Shown: in pieces, positions 11,238-21,508 of the stretch | Layout of the letters: each line of letters starts with the position of its first letter | How positions within the stretch are numbered: position 1 is the stretch's first letter | Notes under the pieces: model-generated | Told to the model about the DNA's origin: nothing | Database searches by the model: none | Seen by the model: only the letters and a program-made list of their open reading frames with translations | Made by a program: the position numbers and the translations under genes | Origin: a virus | Virus record (IMG/VR): IMGVR_UViG_3300003322_000968 | Coordinates: 13,573-77,572 of that record | Reading direction: 5' to 3' (one strand) | Length of the DNA: 64,000 bases

Positions 11238-13250
11238 TTCTTACCTATAGAAGGCGGAAGTGTAGAAGTCATTCAGGGTTATGAGTGTCAGTTACCACCA
11301 GTTGGTTACGGTAAAAACCGGCTAACTGGGGAGCTGGAGCATATTGGTATTATAAAGTCATCCCCTCGCACTGAAGATCAGATTTGGAAGCGTATAACTC
11401 TACCTGTTGATTGGGATAAGCGTCGCAAGGCAGAACAAAAGCAGCAGGATAATGACCCGGATTACTTTGACCCTGATCTTGAGAAAATAAGAGAGCGCCA
11501 CTGGCAATATCGACTTTGTGGTATTTGGGTTTATATTAACGGTAAGCCGGTTTATTTACCAGGTTCTTACTACATGTATCTTAATTGGTGTCAAATTGAT
11601 ATAGGTTATCCTTATTACCGTGACACCGACCGCCGCTTCTATTATGTTTGGGAATATTGTGTTGAAGATCCCCGATGCGCCGGCTTAGTTGATATTGAGC
11701 GCCGGCGTATGGGCAAAACTTATAAATCCGGATCAATATTACTTGATCGTGCAAGCCTTTACCGCAACCATCATGGCGGCATACAGTCGAAAACAGGCGA
11801 AGATGCTAAGCAAGTATTCAAGAAAACGGTAGTAGCATTCTTCAAGAAAATTCCAGACTTCTTTCGGCCTATATATGATAAATCTAAGGGCATAACTCCG
11901 ACGAGTGAATTAAGGTTCTTTCAGACTACAGCTAAAGGTCGGAATGCGGAAAAGGTTTTAGAGGGCGATGAACTGGAATCGTGGATTGACTTCGGGACTT
12001 CTGAACCATTCTATTATGATGGCTCAAAGCTTAACTCTTATGTCTGCGATGAGTTTGGTAAAACAATGGATTGTAATGTCTGGGATCGTTGGGGTGTTGT
12101 TCGTTTCTGTTTGGATCAGGACGGCCAATGGGTTGGCAAGGCTTTATTCACTACCACCATTGAAGAAATGGAGAATGGTGGCGAAAATGGCCAACGCGTT
12201 TGGGATAACTCCAACCAAGATGAACGCAACGACAACGGTCGTACTAAGTCCGGCATGTATAGGTTTTTTCTTCCAGCATTTGAAACAACCTTCTTTGATA
12301 AGTATGGCATGCCAGAGGTTGAGCGCGCTAAGGATTATTACCTTAAAGAACGCGCCGGGCTACAACATGACCCACGCGCACTAAGTTCAATCATTCGCAA
12401 AAACCCCTTCGATATACATGAGGCATTTCGCATTGATGGCGATCGTTGCCTTTATGATTCAATGAAGCTCAACTACCAGCTTGATTCACTATCGTATAAA
12501 CAAAACCTAACTACACGTGGCAATTTCGTTTGGGAGAATGGTGAGCCTTTTACTAAGGTAAGATTTGAGAAATCTTCTAACGGTCGCTGGGAAGTGGCGT
12601 ATCTCATGGAGAATTTTGATAACGCAAACCAGGTGGTTTGCCGCAATGGGAGATTTTTTCCAAATAACAATTTTGCTTTTACGATAGGCTGCGACCCCTT
12701 TAAATACGATGCCACCAAAGACAATCGCCGCTCCGATTGCGCCGCTTTTGTATATAAAAAGTTTGATGCGCTAAATCCCAGTCACCCATATAACGATGCC
12801 TTTGTTTGTTACTACCGTTACCGCGCGGCTACTACAGCTATGCAATATGAAGACATTCTAAAGATGGCATGGTATTATGGTTGCCAGGTATTATTTGAGC
12901 GCAATATTGATAACTGGCGAGATTACTTTTTTGCTAAGAACTGTGAGGGATTCTTAATGAAACTGCCGGGGGAGGATGATTTTGGTATTTATACTGATGG
13001 CCATAAAACTGTTCACCAAACATTAGCCGATTATACAGAAGCCTACATTAATGAGCATATTGAAAAAGTGTATTTCAGGAATTTAATTAAGGAGTGGCTT
13101 TTGTTCGAAATCTCACGTACAACAGCATTCGATACTGCAATGGCCGCTGGTTTCACTTTAATAGCCGCAAGAAATAAATCCTATATAAGAAAAATTGAAG
13201 ACACGAGAGATGTTTCAAATTATTTCAGAATAAGAAAAGCTACAGCATAA
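11235..13250 (+). CDS. terL: Terminase large subunit
   Basis: Walker A-like 'RRRMGKT', Walker B 'YVCDEFGK', RNase H-like nuclease 'IGCDPF'; precedes the portal gene. Confidence 0.9.
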   Translation: MFLPIEGGSVEVIQGYECQLPPVGYGKNRLTGELEHIGIIKSSPRTEDQIWKRITLPVDWDKRRKAEQKQQDNDPDYFDPDLEKIRERHWQYRLCGIWVYINGKPVYLPGSYYMYLNWCQIDIGYPYYRDTDRRFYYVWEYCVEDPRCAGLVDIERRRMGKTYKSGSILLDRASLYRNHHGGIQSKTGEDAKQVFKKTVVAFFKKIPDFFRPIYDKSKGITPTSELRFFQTTAKGRNAEKVLEGDELESWIDFGTSEPFYYDGSKLNSYVCDEFGKTMDCNVWDRWGVVRFCLDQDGQWVGKALFTTTIEEMENGGENGQRVWDNSNQDERNDNGRTKSGMYRFFLPAFETTFFDKYGMPEVERAKDYYLKERAGLQHDPRALSSIIRKNPFDIHEAFRIDGDRCLYDSMKLNYQLDSLSYKQNLTTRGNFVWENGEPFTKVRFEKSSNGRWEVAYLMENFDNANQVVCRNGRFFPNNNFAFTIGCDPFKYDATKDNRRSDCAAFVYKKFDALNPSHPYNDAFVCYYRYRAATTAMQYEDILKMAWYYGCQVLFERNIDNWRDYFFAKNCEGFLMKLPGEDDFGIYTDGHKTVHQTLADYTEAYINEHIEKVYFRNLIKEWLLFEISRTTAFDTAMAAGFTLIAARNKSYIRKIEDTRDVSNYFRIRKATA

Positions 13251-13265
13251 AATTAACCCATATAT

Positions 13266-13376
13266 ATGAAAGAAATCTGGAAAGACATTAAAGGCTATGA
13301 AAGATTGTATCAAGCATTTAAATACGGCATAATATGGAAGATCAACTCAGAGGCATTTATCCTCCTCATGATATAA
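13266..13376 (+). pseudogene. Remnant of a NUMOD4 (HNH homing endonuclease) gene
   Basis: Translates to MKEIWKDIKGYERLYQAFKYGIIWK...*, matching the NUMOD4 N-terminal motif (EIWKDIKGYEGLYQ); only 36 codons remain. Confidence 0.75.
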
Positions 13377-15631
13377 ACCCTAAGGACAAAGACATTAAAT
13401 GGGGAATGAAATACGCAAGGGCCTGTTGGTCTGACTGGAGCTATACAGTACCAAGAACAATATTTTTTAACTCTAGCGATAAATACGAGGAGCTGCGATT
13501 ATATGCTCAGGGCAAACAGCCTATAAATAAATACAAGAAGCTTTTAGCGGTAGACGAACAAACTGACAATACATGGCTTACTGTGGACTGGAGCGTTCGC
13601 CCAATCATTCCTAAATTCCGCGATATAGCATTATCACGCCTCATGCAGCAGGAGTATAACATTGTTGCTACTCCCATAGACCCTCAGGCCAAAGGTGAAT
13701 TAGATCAGTATTACGCTGACATGAAAGCGAAGATAGCTATACGCAAGTTAATGGAAGAACAGAATCAGGAATTAGCCAATCATCCCATGTTGCAGCCGCA
13801 GTCAGGTGAACCAATGGACTTCGAAGAACTGGAAATGCGCATTGAGTTTGGGGAGCAATTCAATCGCAGCAAGGATGCAGAACAGGCTATTCAGCTCATG
13901 TTTTATGAGAATGATAGCAAGTTCGTTCGACGCCGTTTATTTGAATCAATGTTTGATTGCGGTACGGCTGGCTATAAAGCTTGGTTAGACAAAGACGGTA
14001 GACCGAAGTTTAGGGATGTAAATCCTGAAGCTGTCGTAACTAACTGGTGCCGTTTCCCCAATTTTAAAGACCTGATACACGCCGGCGAAGTAATTGATGT
14101 AAGCCTGATTGATCTGGCTACTATGAAGGATGATGATGGTCAGCCCTATTTTACACAGGAGGAAATTGATGAAATGCGCAATAACATCGCAGGCAAATGG
14201 AGCAACCCCGCCATGGTTGGGCGCAGCACCAATTATTTTAAGAATTACGATCGGCAAACTGTTAAAGTATTAGACCTGCAATTCTTCTCCTACAACGAGT
14301 TGAACTTTGAGCGGAATGTAAATCGCCGGGGCAATGTAATGTTCAATGAGGCCGAATGGGACAAGCGCAATAACAAGAAAGATAAATACCTGCGCAAGAA
14401 AATTAAAGTAGTTTATGAGATTAAGTGGATCATAGGCACTGATTATGCGTATGACTTTCGGCTTAAGAAAGACATGAAGCGCTCGGTTGACCCTAAAAAA
14501 ATGGCTGAAACTACGCTCGATTACAAATTCTTTGCGCCGAATTTTTATGAGATGCGCACCTTGTCAATGATGGAGCGCCTTGTACCATTAGCCGACGAAT
14601 ACCAAATGACCATATACCGCATTCAGAACTTCATAAATCGCATGGTGCCGAACGGCTGGTGGATAGACCTTGACGCGCTGGAGAATGTTGCATTAAATAA
14701 AGGTGGCGAGAACATGAAGCCGCTTGATCTCTTGCAGATGTTTTATGAAACCGGTGTGCTCGTTGGTCGCAGCAAAGATGTAATGGGGGATAACGTTAAT
14801 TATAAGCCCATCATTCCCATTGACAATAACGCATACAACCAGCTCCAGGCTTTATATGAGCATTTGCAATTATGTATAGCTCAGATGCAAAGCATTATCG
14901 GCCTCAATGAGCTAACCGATGCCTCTACGCCAAATGCAAAAACACTGAACGGTGTGGCTTCCATGGCGGTTGAATCTACCAACAACGCGTTATATCAAAT
15001 TCAATTTGGTGAGCGCTATTTGCTGGAGTCGCTGGCCAACGATATGTTAATGCTTACACAGCAGGCTGTTAAGAAGGGCGACATAGAAGGCTTTGCGAAG
15101 GCCCTTAACAGCAATACGCTGCAATTCATTAAAGCTTCTGAGGACCTGCCTTTACGCGACTATGGGATTATGTTAGACGAACGCCCCACTGATGACCAGA
15201 AGCAACTTCTGCTAATGCAGATTCAGCAAGATCAGGCTCAAGGATTACTCGATACCGCCGATGCTCTTTATATATTAAATGTATATAATGTGAAGCAGGC
15301 GCAGCAAATGCTCGCCTATAAGGTTCGTAAGAATAAGGAGGCAGCACAGAAGAATGAAATGGCGAAAATACAACAAACCGTACAGGGCCAACAGCAGTCC
15401 GCCATGCTGGCCGAACAGGCGAAACAACAAACCTTACAGGTTGAGTGGTCGCTTAAAATGCAATATATGGAACGGGAAAAGCAATTGGATTATATGATTA
15501 AGCAACAGGAGCTGCAGCTTAAGTATGGAATGAATTCCCAGAACAACCAGACAAAAATTGTTACCACGCAAATGGCCAATGAAAGCAAAGAGCGTATTGC
15601 AGAAAACGCAGAAGCCGAACCGGCCAAATAA
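13334..15631 (+). CDS. Portal protein
   Basis: 765 aa following terL, 'IIPKFRDI' crAss-like portal motif, Gln-rich coiled-coil C-terminus. Confidence 0.85.
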   Translation: MEDQLRGIYPPHDINPKDKDIKWGMKYARACWSDWSYTVPRTIFFNSSDKYEELRLYAQGKQPINKYKKLLAVDEQTDNTWLTVDWSVRPIIPKFRDIALSRLMQQEYNIVATPIDPQAKGELDQYYADMKAKIAIRKLMEEQNQELANHPMLQPQSGEPMDFEELEMRIEFGEQFNRSKDAEQAIQLMFYENDSKFVRRRLFESMFDCGTAGYKAWLDKDGRPKFRDVNPEAVVTNWCRFPNFKDLIHAGEVIDVSLIDLATMKDDDGQPYFTQEEIDEMRNNIAGKWSNPAMVGRSTNYFKNYDRQTVKVLDLQFFSYNELNFERNVNRRGNVMFNEAEWDKRNNKKDKYLRKKIKVVYEIKWIIGTDYAYDFRLKKDMKRSVDPKKMAETTLDYKFFAPNFYEMRTLSMMERLVPLADEYQMTIYRIQNFINRMVPNGWWIDLDALENVALNKGGENMKPLDLLQMFYETGVLVGRSKDVMGDNVNYKPIIPIDNNAYNQLQALYEHLQLCIAQMQSIIGLNELTDASTPNAKTLNGVASMAVESTNNALYQIQFGERYLLESLANDMLMLTQQAVKKGDIEGFAKALNSNTLQFIKASEDLPLRDYGIMLDERPTDDQKQLLLMQIQQDQAQGLLDTADALYILNVYNVKQAQQMLAYKVRKNKEAAQKNEMAKIQQTVQGQQQSAMLAEQAKQQTLQVEWSLKMQYMEREKQLDYMIKQQELQLKYGMNSQNNQTKIVTTQMANESKERIAENAEAEPAK

Positions 15632-15686
15632 AAACTTATCCAACTTTTGATTAGTTAAAAAAAATCGCATTTACATTAGGTGTATG
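15631..15686 (+). promoter_or_regulatory. Second copy of the bipartite promoter-like motif
   Basis: AAAACTTATCC-N29-TTACATTAGGTGTATG, ending in the ATG of the 15684 ORF. Confidence 0.7.
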
Positions 15687-16019
15687 TCCTTTTATTTAAA
15701 AAAGGTTGATGCTGTCCAGTTTAAGTTGACCGATCAGCAGCGGGAGCAAATTAGAAACCGTAAGGCGGTGTTTTTCGAAGGCGCCCCGATTAAGCATATT
15801 GGTGGTGATCAGTATATAGCCTTGTTGCAGCAAGGGGAAAACCTGATTAAGATAACTGAATCGCAATGGCTTGTGCGCCATCCCGATGGTCAATGGCAAA
15901 TACTTTGGCCTGATAGCTTTAGTGCGAATTTTATAAGGGGAAACGATTCTGATCTAATTGAAATAAAATACGATCCATTTAAGGCGAAGTCCTTTAGTCA
16001 GCCCAATACAATTATATGA
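15684..16019 (+). CDS. Hypothetical phage protein
   Basis: 111-aa ORF in the head module; 'VDAVQF...WLVRHPDGQW..W.PD.F' resembles a common small phage family. Confidence 0.6.
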   Translation: MSFYLKKVDAVQFKLTDQQREQIRNRKAVFFEGAPIKHIGGDQYIALLQQGENLIKITESQWLVRHPDGQWQILWPDSFSANFIRGNDSDLIEIKYDPFKAKSFSQPNTII

Positions 16020-17158
16020 GCGAACCCATTGTACAAGAAGCGCCCAACATTGCTGCCATGATGGCGAGCCAGGGCGTCAAGACAGATGATTCGCCGGTTA
16101 ACATACCGGTTCAAGATACTTCAACATCGCAGACAGCTCAGTCTGTAGAGCCTCCAAAGGCAGAACCGGCAAAAACTGAAACAGCCGAGCCGGCGCCTGG
16201 GCCTGGAGCGGCCCCGGAGCCTCCGAAGTCGGAACCCGTAAAAGCTGAGCCAGCTGCAACACCTGTTACTCCGGTGCAGCAGCCCGCTCAGCCTGTTGAT
16301 GTTGATTGGCGAGAGTTAATAAAAAAACAACCCGAAGTAGAAGTGTTGAAATCCGTTGGCCTGGATGACAAGATGATCAATTTTCTGTCCAGGTGGAAGG
16401 GTGGCGAAGATCTTAAAGACTATTTCGAAGCTATTTCTACTGATTATTCCAAAATGGGACCTGAAGAATTGTTGAGACGACAGTTATTCAAGGAGTTTGG
16501 AAGTCTATCAGCGGAAGACTTTGAAGAAGTTTATAAGATGAAGGTAATTGAACATTATAAGCTTGATCCTGATGTGTATGACGAGAAGGATGTGCGCCGG
16601 GGAAGGCTTATGCTGGGCATTGATGCAGATAGAATTCGCCAGGATTTTATAAAAAAACAGCAGGAGTTGCTGTTGTCAAAACCCCCGGAACCGGCTCCCT
16701 CAACGGCTGAACTGGAAGCGCAAGCACAATTGGAGCAGCGCGAAAAGGATATATTATCCTACCGCGCTCAAGTGGATTCTAATCAGTACACAAAAGATCT
16801 GGTCAATACAAAATTGCTGAGGATCGGAGAAGGCGACAAGGCGTTTAATCTGGAAGTTTCCAATCCAAATGAGGTGTTGGATTTGTTATATGATCCATCT
16901 AAGTGGGCGCAAAAGCTTTGGAACGCCGATGGCACCCCCAATATTCGAAAGCAATTAATTATTGGTGCAATTGCAAATGACGATGAATTGTTTTTTACCA
17001 ATCTGACAAAGCATTACGAAAAGTTAGGTGCCAAGTCGCTGGTAGAGCAAATTCAAAATCCATCTGAGCCCGCAATCGGAGCCACATCAAAAGGATCCAC
17101 AGAAGCCTCTGACCCAATAGCGCAATTAGCGCGTAATGGAGTGATTACTTCGGGGTGA
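16016..17158 (+). CDS. Putative capsid scaffolding protein
   Basis: Pro/Glu/Ala-rich disordered N-terminus, acidic helical body, immediately upstream of the capsid gene. Confidence 0.6.
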   Translation: MSEPIVQEAPNIAAMMASQGVKTDDSPVNIPVQDTSTSQTAQSVEPPKAEPAKTETAEPAPGPGAAPEPPKSEPVKAEPAATPVTPVQQPAQPVDVDWRELIKKQPEVEVLKSVGLDDKMINFLSRWKGGEDLKDYFEAISTDYSKMGPEELLRRQLFKEFGSLSAEDFEEVYKMKVIEHYKLDPDVYDEKDVRRGRLMLGIDADRIRQDFIKKQQELLLSKPPEPAPSTAELEAQAQLEQREKDILSYRAQVDSNQYTKDLVNTKLLRIGEGDKAFNLEVSNPNEVLDLLYDPSKWAQKLWNADGTPNIRKQLIIGAIANDDELFFTNLTKHYEKLGAKSLVEQIQNPSEPAIGATSKGSTEASDPIAQLARNGVITSG

Positions 17159-17189
17159 TATGTAATTCACCTATTAAACTTTAATTAAA

Positions 17190-18536
17190 ATGGCCGTTAC
17201 ACAAGGCACGTTGAACAAAGCCTATGTGAGTGCGATTGCATTCCTGGATCAACGTGACATAAATCCGAACTTAATTGATGTAGCCCGCGATAGCTACTTC
17301 ACTGATATCATGAAGGTTGTAAACCGTTATAAAGAGGCCAAGGTGCCCATTTACAATCACTTTGTAAATAACGACGTGTTCGCGACCGCAACAATCAGCA
17401 GTGTTTCGTCTGGTTATGGCACTTCCAGAATGACTGTTGTTCTTACTTCTGGCACTGGAGGTTATGCCCGTGTTGGCGATCTGGTGCGCATAAGTAATAC
17501 CAACTCGGTGGGCCGGCAAGCGCGCATCATGACCGTTACCTCTGTATCCGGTGTGGATACGATTGTATTGCAGTCTGTAGACAACACACCGCTGTTTGCC
17601 GCAACAAATGATACTATTACATTCCAATCCAATTCATTCGGGGAAAAATCTGATTCCCCTGCCAGCCGCCGTTATCCTGTAACCCGGTACGTTAACCAGG
17701 TTCAGATTTTCCGCGAAGCCGATGAGATCACTGACGTGCAGAAGGTATCTAAGATCGAGCTGACTGTTGAAGGACAACCCTACTATACGCCTATTCAGCA
17801 CATTTATAAACTGAAGGCATTGAATGGTTTCATCTCTGCGCAGATGATCGCCGGCGTTCAGTCAACAACACTGTTCTCTGATTCGAATCCAGTCCTGGCT
17901 GATGCCAATGGCAATCCGATCCAAACAACCATGGGGCTTGATCAGTATATAACGACCTACGGGATCAGCGATAGCGCCGCAACAGTCGGAACGATGACCT
18001 TCAGTGACGCAGATGCCATCATTGATAATTTCCTGGCAAACAAGGCGCCGCTCCAGCAAATTGGTTGGATGGGCAGCCTGGCTCGCCGGCCATGGGATGT
18101 ATGGCTTAAAAACCTGGGAAGCTCTGGCGTTAATAGTGTTCGTTTGAATATTGATGGCCGCGAAGTTGATCTCATGGTTGACAAGCTTTCATATGGCAAT
18201 GCAGAATTTGAATTCGTTCATCTGCCCATGTTCGATCACCCGGAATTATTTCCATACGGGATTGTGCCTGAAATGGTGGGCTCAACCTACTTCACGCCTA
18301 AGGATAAAGTGCAGGTTGAAGGCGGGGGCATGGAGCCACGTATCCAAATCCGTTATCTGCCCAAGCCAATGGCGGGCGGTAATACCACTTCTAACGGTAT
18401 AATCTCCGAATGGAATACTGGCGCGTTGGCCCCTATTCCAACTAGCTCTGTAATGGTTTGGCATACTGACTGGTATACAAACCAAGGCTTAGAAGTGCTA
18501 GGAGCGAAACACATGCAACGTTTCCGTGTAGCATAA
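17190..18536 (+). CDS. Major capsid protein
   Basis: 448 aa, 'NQVQIFRE...T' and 'TTMGLDQYI' HK97-fold-like motifs; followed by a strong hairpin terminator. Confidence 0.8.
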   Translation: MAVTQGTLNKAYVSAIAFLDQRDINPNLIDVARDSYFTDIMKVVNRYKEAKVPIYNHFVNNDVFATATISSVSSGYGTSRMTVVLTSGTGGYARVGDLVRISNTNSVGRQARIMTVTSVSGVDTIVLQSVDNTPLFAATNDTITFQSNSFGEKSDSPASRRYPVTRYVNQVQIFREADEITDVQKVSKIELTVEGQPYYTPIQHIYKLKALNGFISAQMIAGVQSTTLFSDSNPVLADANGNPIQTTMGLDQYITTYGISDSAATVGTMTFSDADAIIDNFLANKAPLQQIGWMGSLARRPWDVWLKNLGSSGVNSVRLNIDGREVDLMVDKLSYGNAEFEFVHLPMFDHPELFPYGIVPEMVGSTYFTPKDKVQVEGGGMEPRIQIRYLPKPMAGGNTTSNGIISEWNTGALAPIPTSSVMVWHTDWYTNQGLEVLGAKHMQRFRVA

Positions 18537-18545
18537 TTATAAATC

Positions 18546-18572
18546 AGGGTGCAGCAAACTGCTGCACCCTTT
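18546..18572 (+). terminator. Intrinsic terminator after the capsid gene
   Basis: AGGGTGCAGC-AAACT-GCTGCACCCT perfect 10-bp stem followed by TT. Confidence 0.7.
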
Positions 18573-18584
18573 AACAAAACCCAT

Positions 18585-19475
18585 ATGTTAGATCAAATTG
18601 GAACAAAACCCGTATATAACAATTTGACGCCTCAGCTTCGCGAACAACTTATGAAAAAAGCAAATGAAGCTGGCCGTTACGTGAAATACAAGTTCGCAAT
18701 TGCAAAGCGTAACCCAGACGGCGAAATGAAAACTGGTGGTGAATACTTATATCCATTGCGCTGGGCACTGACGCCGGTTACTTTCTATATAACCGACCCC
18801 TTTGATAAGTTACGAAAGCGCATTGGGGTGGTCGATAAGCTGAAGGAGTTTGGCGCTCCCAGCGATAGCTTTAAGCGCGTGCATCTGGAAGAGCAGTTCA
18901 AAGGCATACTAACACTCGATATGGAACATATGCCCGATCAGGATACATTCATTTATCTGGAGCTACATCCTAAGCTAGAAGGAGGCCAGTTTCGCGATAG
19001 TAATGAAATGGCCATATTCCGCAGGATTGATGAAGTGAAAGAAGCGAAAAGTTCACTATCAGCCAGGGAGAACAGAGCCAATGCCATGTTTGTAGCCTCT
19101 CAAATGACCATGCAGGAAGTAAAAGATTTTGCTTGTGCAATGGGTTGGAATGAGCATGAAGATATAAACATCATTAGGGATAAAGTGCTGGAAATTGCAG
19201 ATAAAGACCCCGAATGGTTTAAAAACTTCATTGATAATAAAAGCATTGAATACAGGGCTGTTATTAAGCGCGCTCTTGACAATAATATAATTGCATGGCA
19301 TCCTGTAGAGAACAAAATTGTTTGGGGCAGCAACAATCAAACCGTGGCCATCTTGGAGCGCTGCGAAGATGGAAAAGTCCTGGAGCGGTTTGGTGATTGG
19401 CTCGTTACAAGCAAGAACGGCCAGGAGGTCTATACTAAGCTTAAAGGATTGTTATTAAAGAACGCAACAGTTTGA
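18585..19475 (+). CDS. Conserved post-capsid protein of unknown function
   Basis: ATG at 18585 preferred because the track's GTG start lies inside the terminator; position typical of crAss-like head genes. Confidence 0.55.
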   Translation: MLDQIGTKPVYNNLTPQLREQLMKKANEAGRYVKYKFAIAKRNPDGEMKTGGEYLYPLRWALTPVTFYITDPFDKLRKRIGVVDKLKEFGAPSDSFKRVHLEEQFKGILTLDMEHMPDQDTFIYLELHPKLEGGQFRDSNEMAIFRRIDEVKEAKSSLSARENRANAMFVASQMTMQEVKDFACAMGWNEHEDINIIRDKVLEIADKDPEWFKNFIDNKSIEYRAVIKRALDNNIIAWHPVENKIVWGSNNQTVAILERCEDGKVLERFGDWLVTSKNGQEVYTKLKGLLLKNATV

Positions 19476-19541
19476 TATTGTATATATGGGTTAGCGCTCT
19501 CGATATGTTCATGCGGGGGCTCTTAATTTAAACTTTAAGCA

Positions 19542-20315
19542 ATGAGGTCATATGTTGTTTATTTCCATAGAAACCCAGAAACGAAAACTATATTTTATGT
19601 AGGAATTGGAAATAACAAAAGACCCTTTCAATTTCAGGATAGAAATATCTTTTGGAAGAAATATGTTTTGAAATATGGCAATCCGGTTGTCGATGTGATC
19701 AAGATTGGTGTCTCAAAAGAGGAGGCAATAGAAGCCGAGTTGCATTTCATATCTGTATTGGGCAGGCGCGGGATTGATAAAAATGGCATATTGGTAAATA
19801 GAACGATTGGTGGCGATGGAGTAAAAGGCGTACCGATGAGCGATATAACAAGAAAGAAACTATCCCTTATCAATAAAGGCAAAAAGCTTTCCGTTGAGCG
19901 GCGTTTAAAGATTTCAAATGGCCAAAGAGGAAGAAAGCTAACAGAAGAATGGAGAAAAAGTCTTTCAGAATCAAAAATGGGATCTAAGAACCCTTTTTAT
20001 GGAAAAACCTTCTCGCGCGAGCATAGAGAAAAACTAAGCGGTAGGCGCGGACCTCTTCATCCGCGGTATGGAAAGAAAAATACAGAAGAAAGTAAGATCA
20101 AAAGGAGGGCAACAGTAGGCGATAGGTTTAAAAGAGGTGGTCACCCATATGCGCATAAAGTTATACATGAAGCCACCGGCGGAATTTGGCCCTGTGTTAA
20201 AGATGCATGGGAATTATCAGGCTTAAGAATGACGTATATAAGCTTCGCTCGATGTCTAAGGAATGAACGCAAGAATAAAACAGGATATAAATTATTAATT
20301 AATGGCGAATCTTAA
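19542..20315 (+). CDS. GIY-YIG-like/NUMOD3 homing endonuclease
   Basis: 'YVVYFH...FYVGIG' N-terminus and repeated NUMOD3-like 'GRKLTEEWRKSLSESKMG', 'NPFYGKTFSREHREKLS'. Confidence 0.8.
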   Translation: MRSYVVYFHRNPETKTIFYVGIGNNKRPFQFQDRNIFWKKYVLKYGNPVVDVIKIGVSKEEAIEAELHFISVLGRRGIDKNGILVNRTIGGDGVKGVPMSDITRKKLSLINKGKKLSVERRLKISNGQRGRKLTEEWRKSLSESKMGSKNPFYGKTFSREHREKLSGRRGPLHPRYGKKNTEESKIKRRATVGDRFKRGGHPYAHKVIHEATGGIWPCVKDAWELSGLRMTYISFARCLRNERKNKTGYKLLINGES

Positions 20316-21507
20316 TGCCTATATAGATTTTGAAATAATTCTTTCTAAAGATCAAGGCTCGTCATCTTTGGTTTTAAGAGACCCGGATAATTATCCGGCA
20401 GGTGTTGATGTAAATTTAAAAGGTATATTTTCTATCACGCAACCGGATTCGGTGACAATTACCGGCAACTACCTTACGCCCGATATTTCATGGAATGGTT
20501 CACAGCTAACGATTGCCACAAAAGAGTTGCGCTTACGCTCAACAGGTAGTTTCCAGCAAGGAACCTATACAATCACATACAATATTACGGCGCCCGGATA
20601 CGACGAAACGACATTGACTAAGACTTTTGACTTAAGCTATACTTCACCAACGCTTGTGGTTTCAGATAATTTCGATGTTTTTACACCGTCGCTATCTGTT
20701 ACAGATAATACAGTTTATACGCAATCGGGAATGACTCTAAGCGGCGTTGTGCGCAGCTGGGAGGCGACAATAATAAGCGTTGAGGGCACCAATCAGGACA
20801 TCTTAGGTTCTCTGCAAACATTTGACCTCTCTTACCTGGGCTCATATTATGATTCAAGATATGATGTTTCGTTAACTGCAACCGTCACCTACACTTTAGA
20901 CTCCCCGGATGACTGGGTGCAGATATCAGATCAACAGGAATACGAACATACTTATTATGCATTTATTCCGCCCTCCATTATAGATCTATTGCAGTTATTA
21001 ACTACCTACAAAGCTACTGTAGATGCGGCGCATTGCATTTGCGGAACTGGCTGTGTTGATAACTGCACAACCCTTAAAAACACTTATTCCCTGGCGGTTT
21101 CCATTTATACGCATATTGTAGAGCGTGGACGCGCTGGTGAAACTGACGGGCTGGATGCTTATGTGCTGCAATTGCAGAAGCTGCTTAGTAATTGTGTAAC
21201 ACCCGCTTATACCAATACAAATGATGCGATATTGCCCTATGATTGGGGAAGCACAATAACAGGATCGTTCGCATTCTTCAAGCAGATGATTGTCGGAAGC
21301 GGGGTAAATAATGCGCCAGCTGATGGCGCGACTACATACACTGATGCATTATTGATAAACAAAAGTGTTATGGTCTTTCTTGATAGTTTATTAATGGGAA
21401 ATAATTTATCAGATCGAGTATCAATTACCTATAACAATACAACCGGCACAATAACCTGGAATAGCCCATTATCCGCCCCGCAACTAATCTCAATATATAC
21501 GTTCTGA
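20302..21507 (+). CDS. Virion structural protein (Ig-like, Thr/Ser-rich)
   Basis: 'QGTYTITYNIT' Ig-like strand pattern, acidic Thr-rich composition, tail-module position. Confidence 0.5.
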   Translation: MANLNAYIDFEIILSKDQGSSSLVLRDPDNYPAGVDVNLKGIFSITQPDSVTITGNYLTPDISWNGSQLTIATKELRLRSTGSFQQGTYTITYNITAPGYDETTLTKTFDLSYTSPTLVVSDNFDVFTPSLSVTDNTVYTQSGMTLSGVVRSWEATIISVEGTNQDILGSLQTFDLSYLGSYYDSRYDVSLTATVTYTLDSPDDWVQISDQQEYEHTYYAFIPPSIIDLLQLLTTYKATVDAAHCICGTGCVDNCTTLKNTYSLAVSIYTHIVERGRAGETDGLDAYVLQLQKLLSNCVTPAYTNTNDAILPYDWGSTITGSFAFFKQMIVGSGVNNAPADGATTYTDALLINKSVMVFLDSLLMGNNLSDRVSITYNNTTGTITWNSPLSAPQLISIYTF

Positions 21508-21508
21508 T

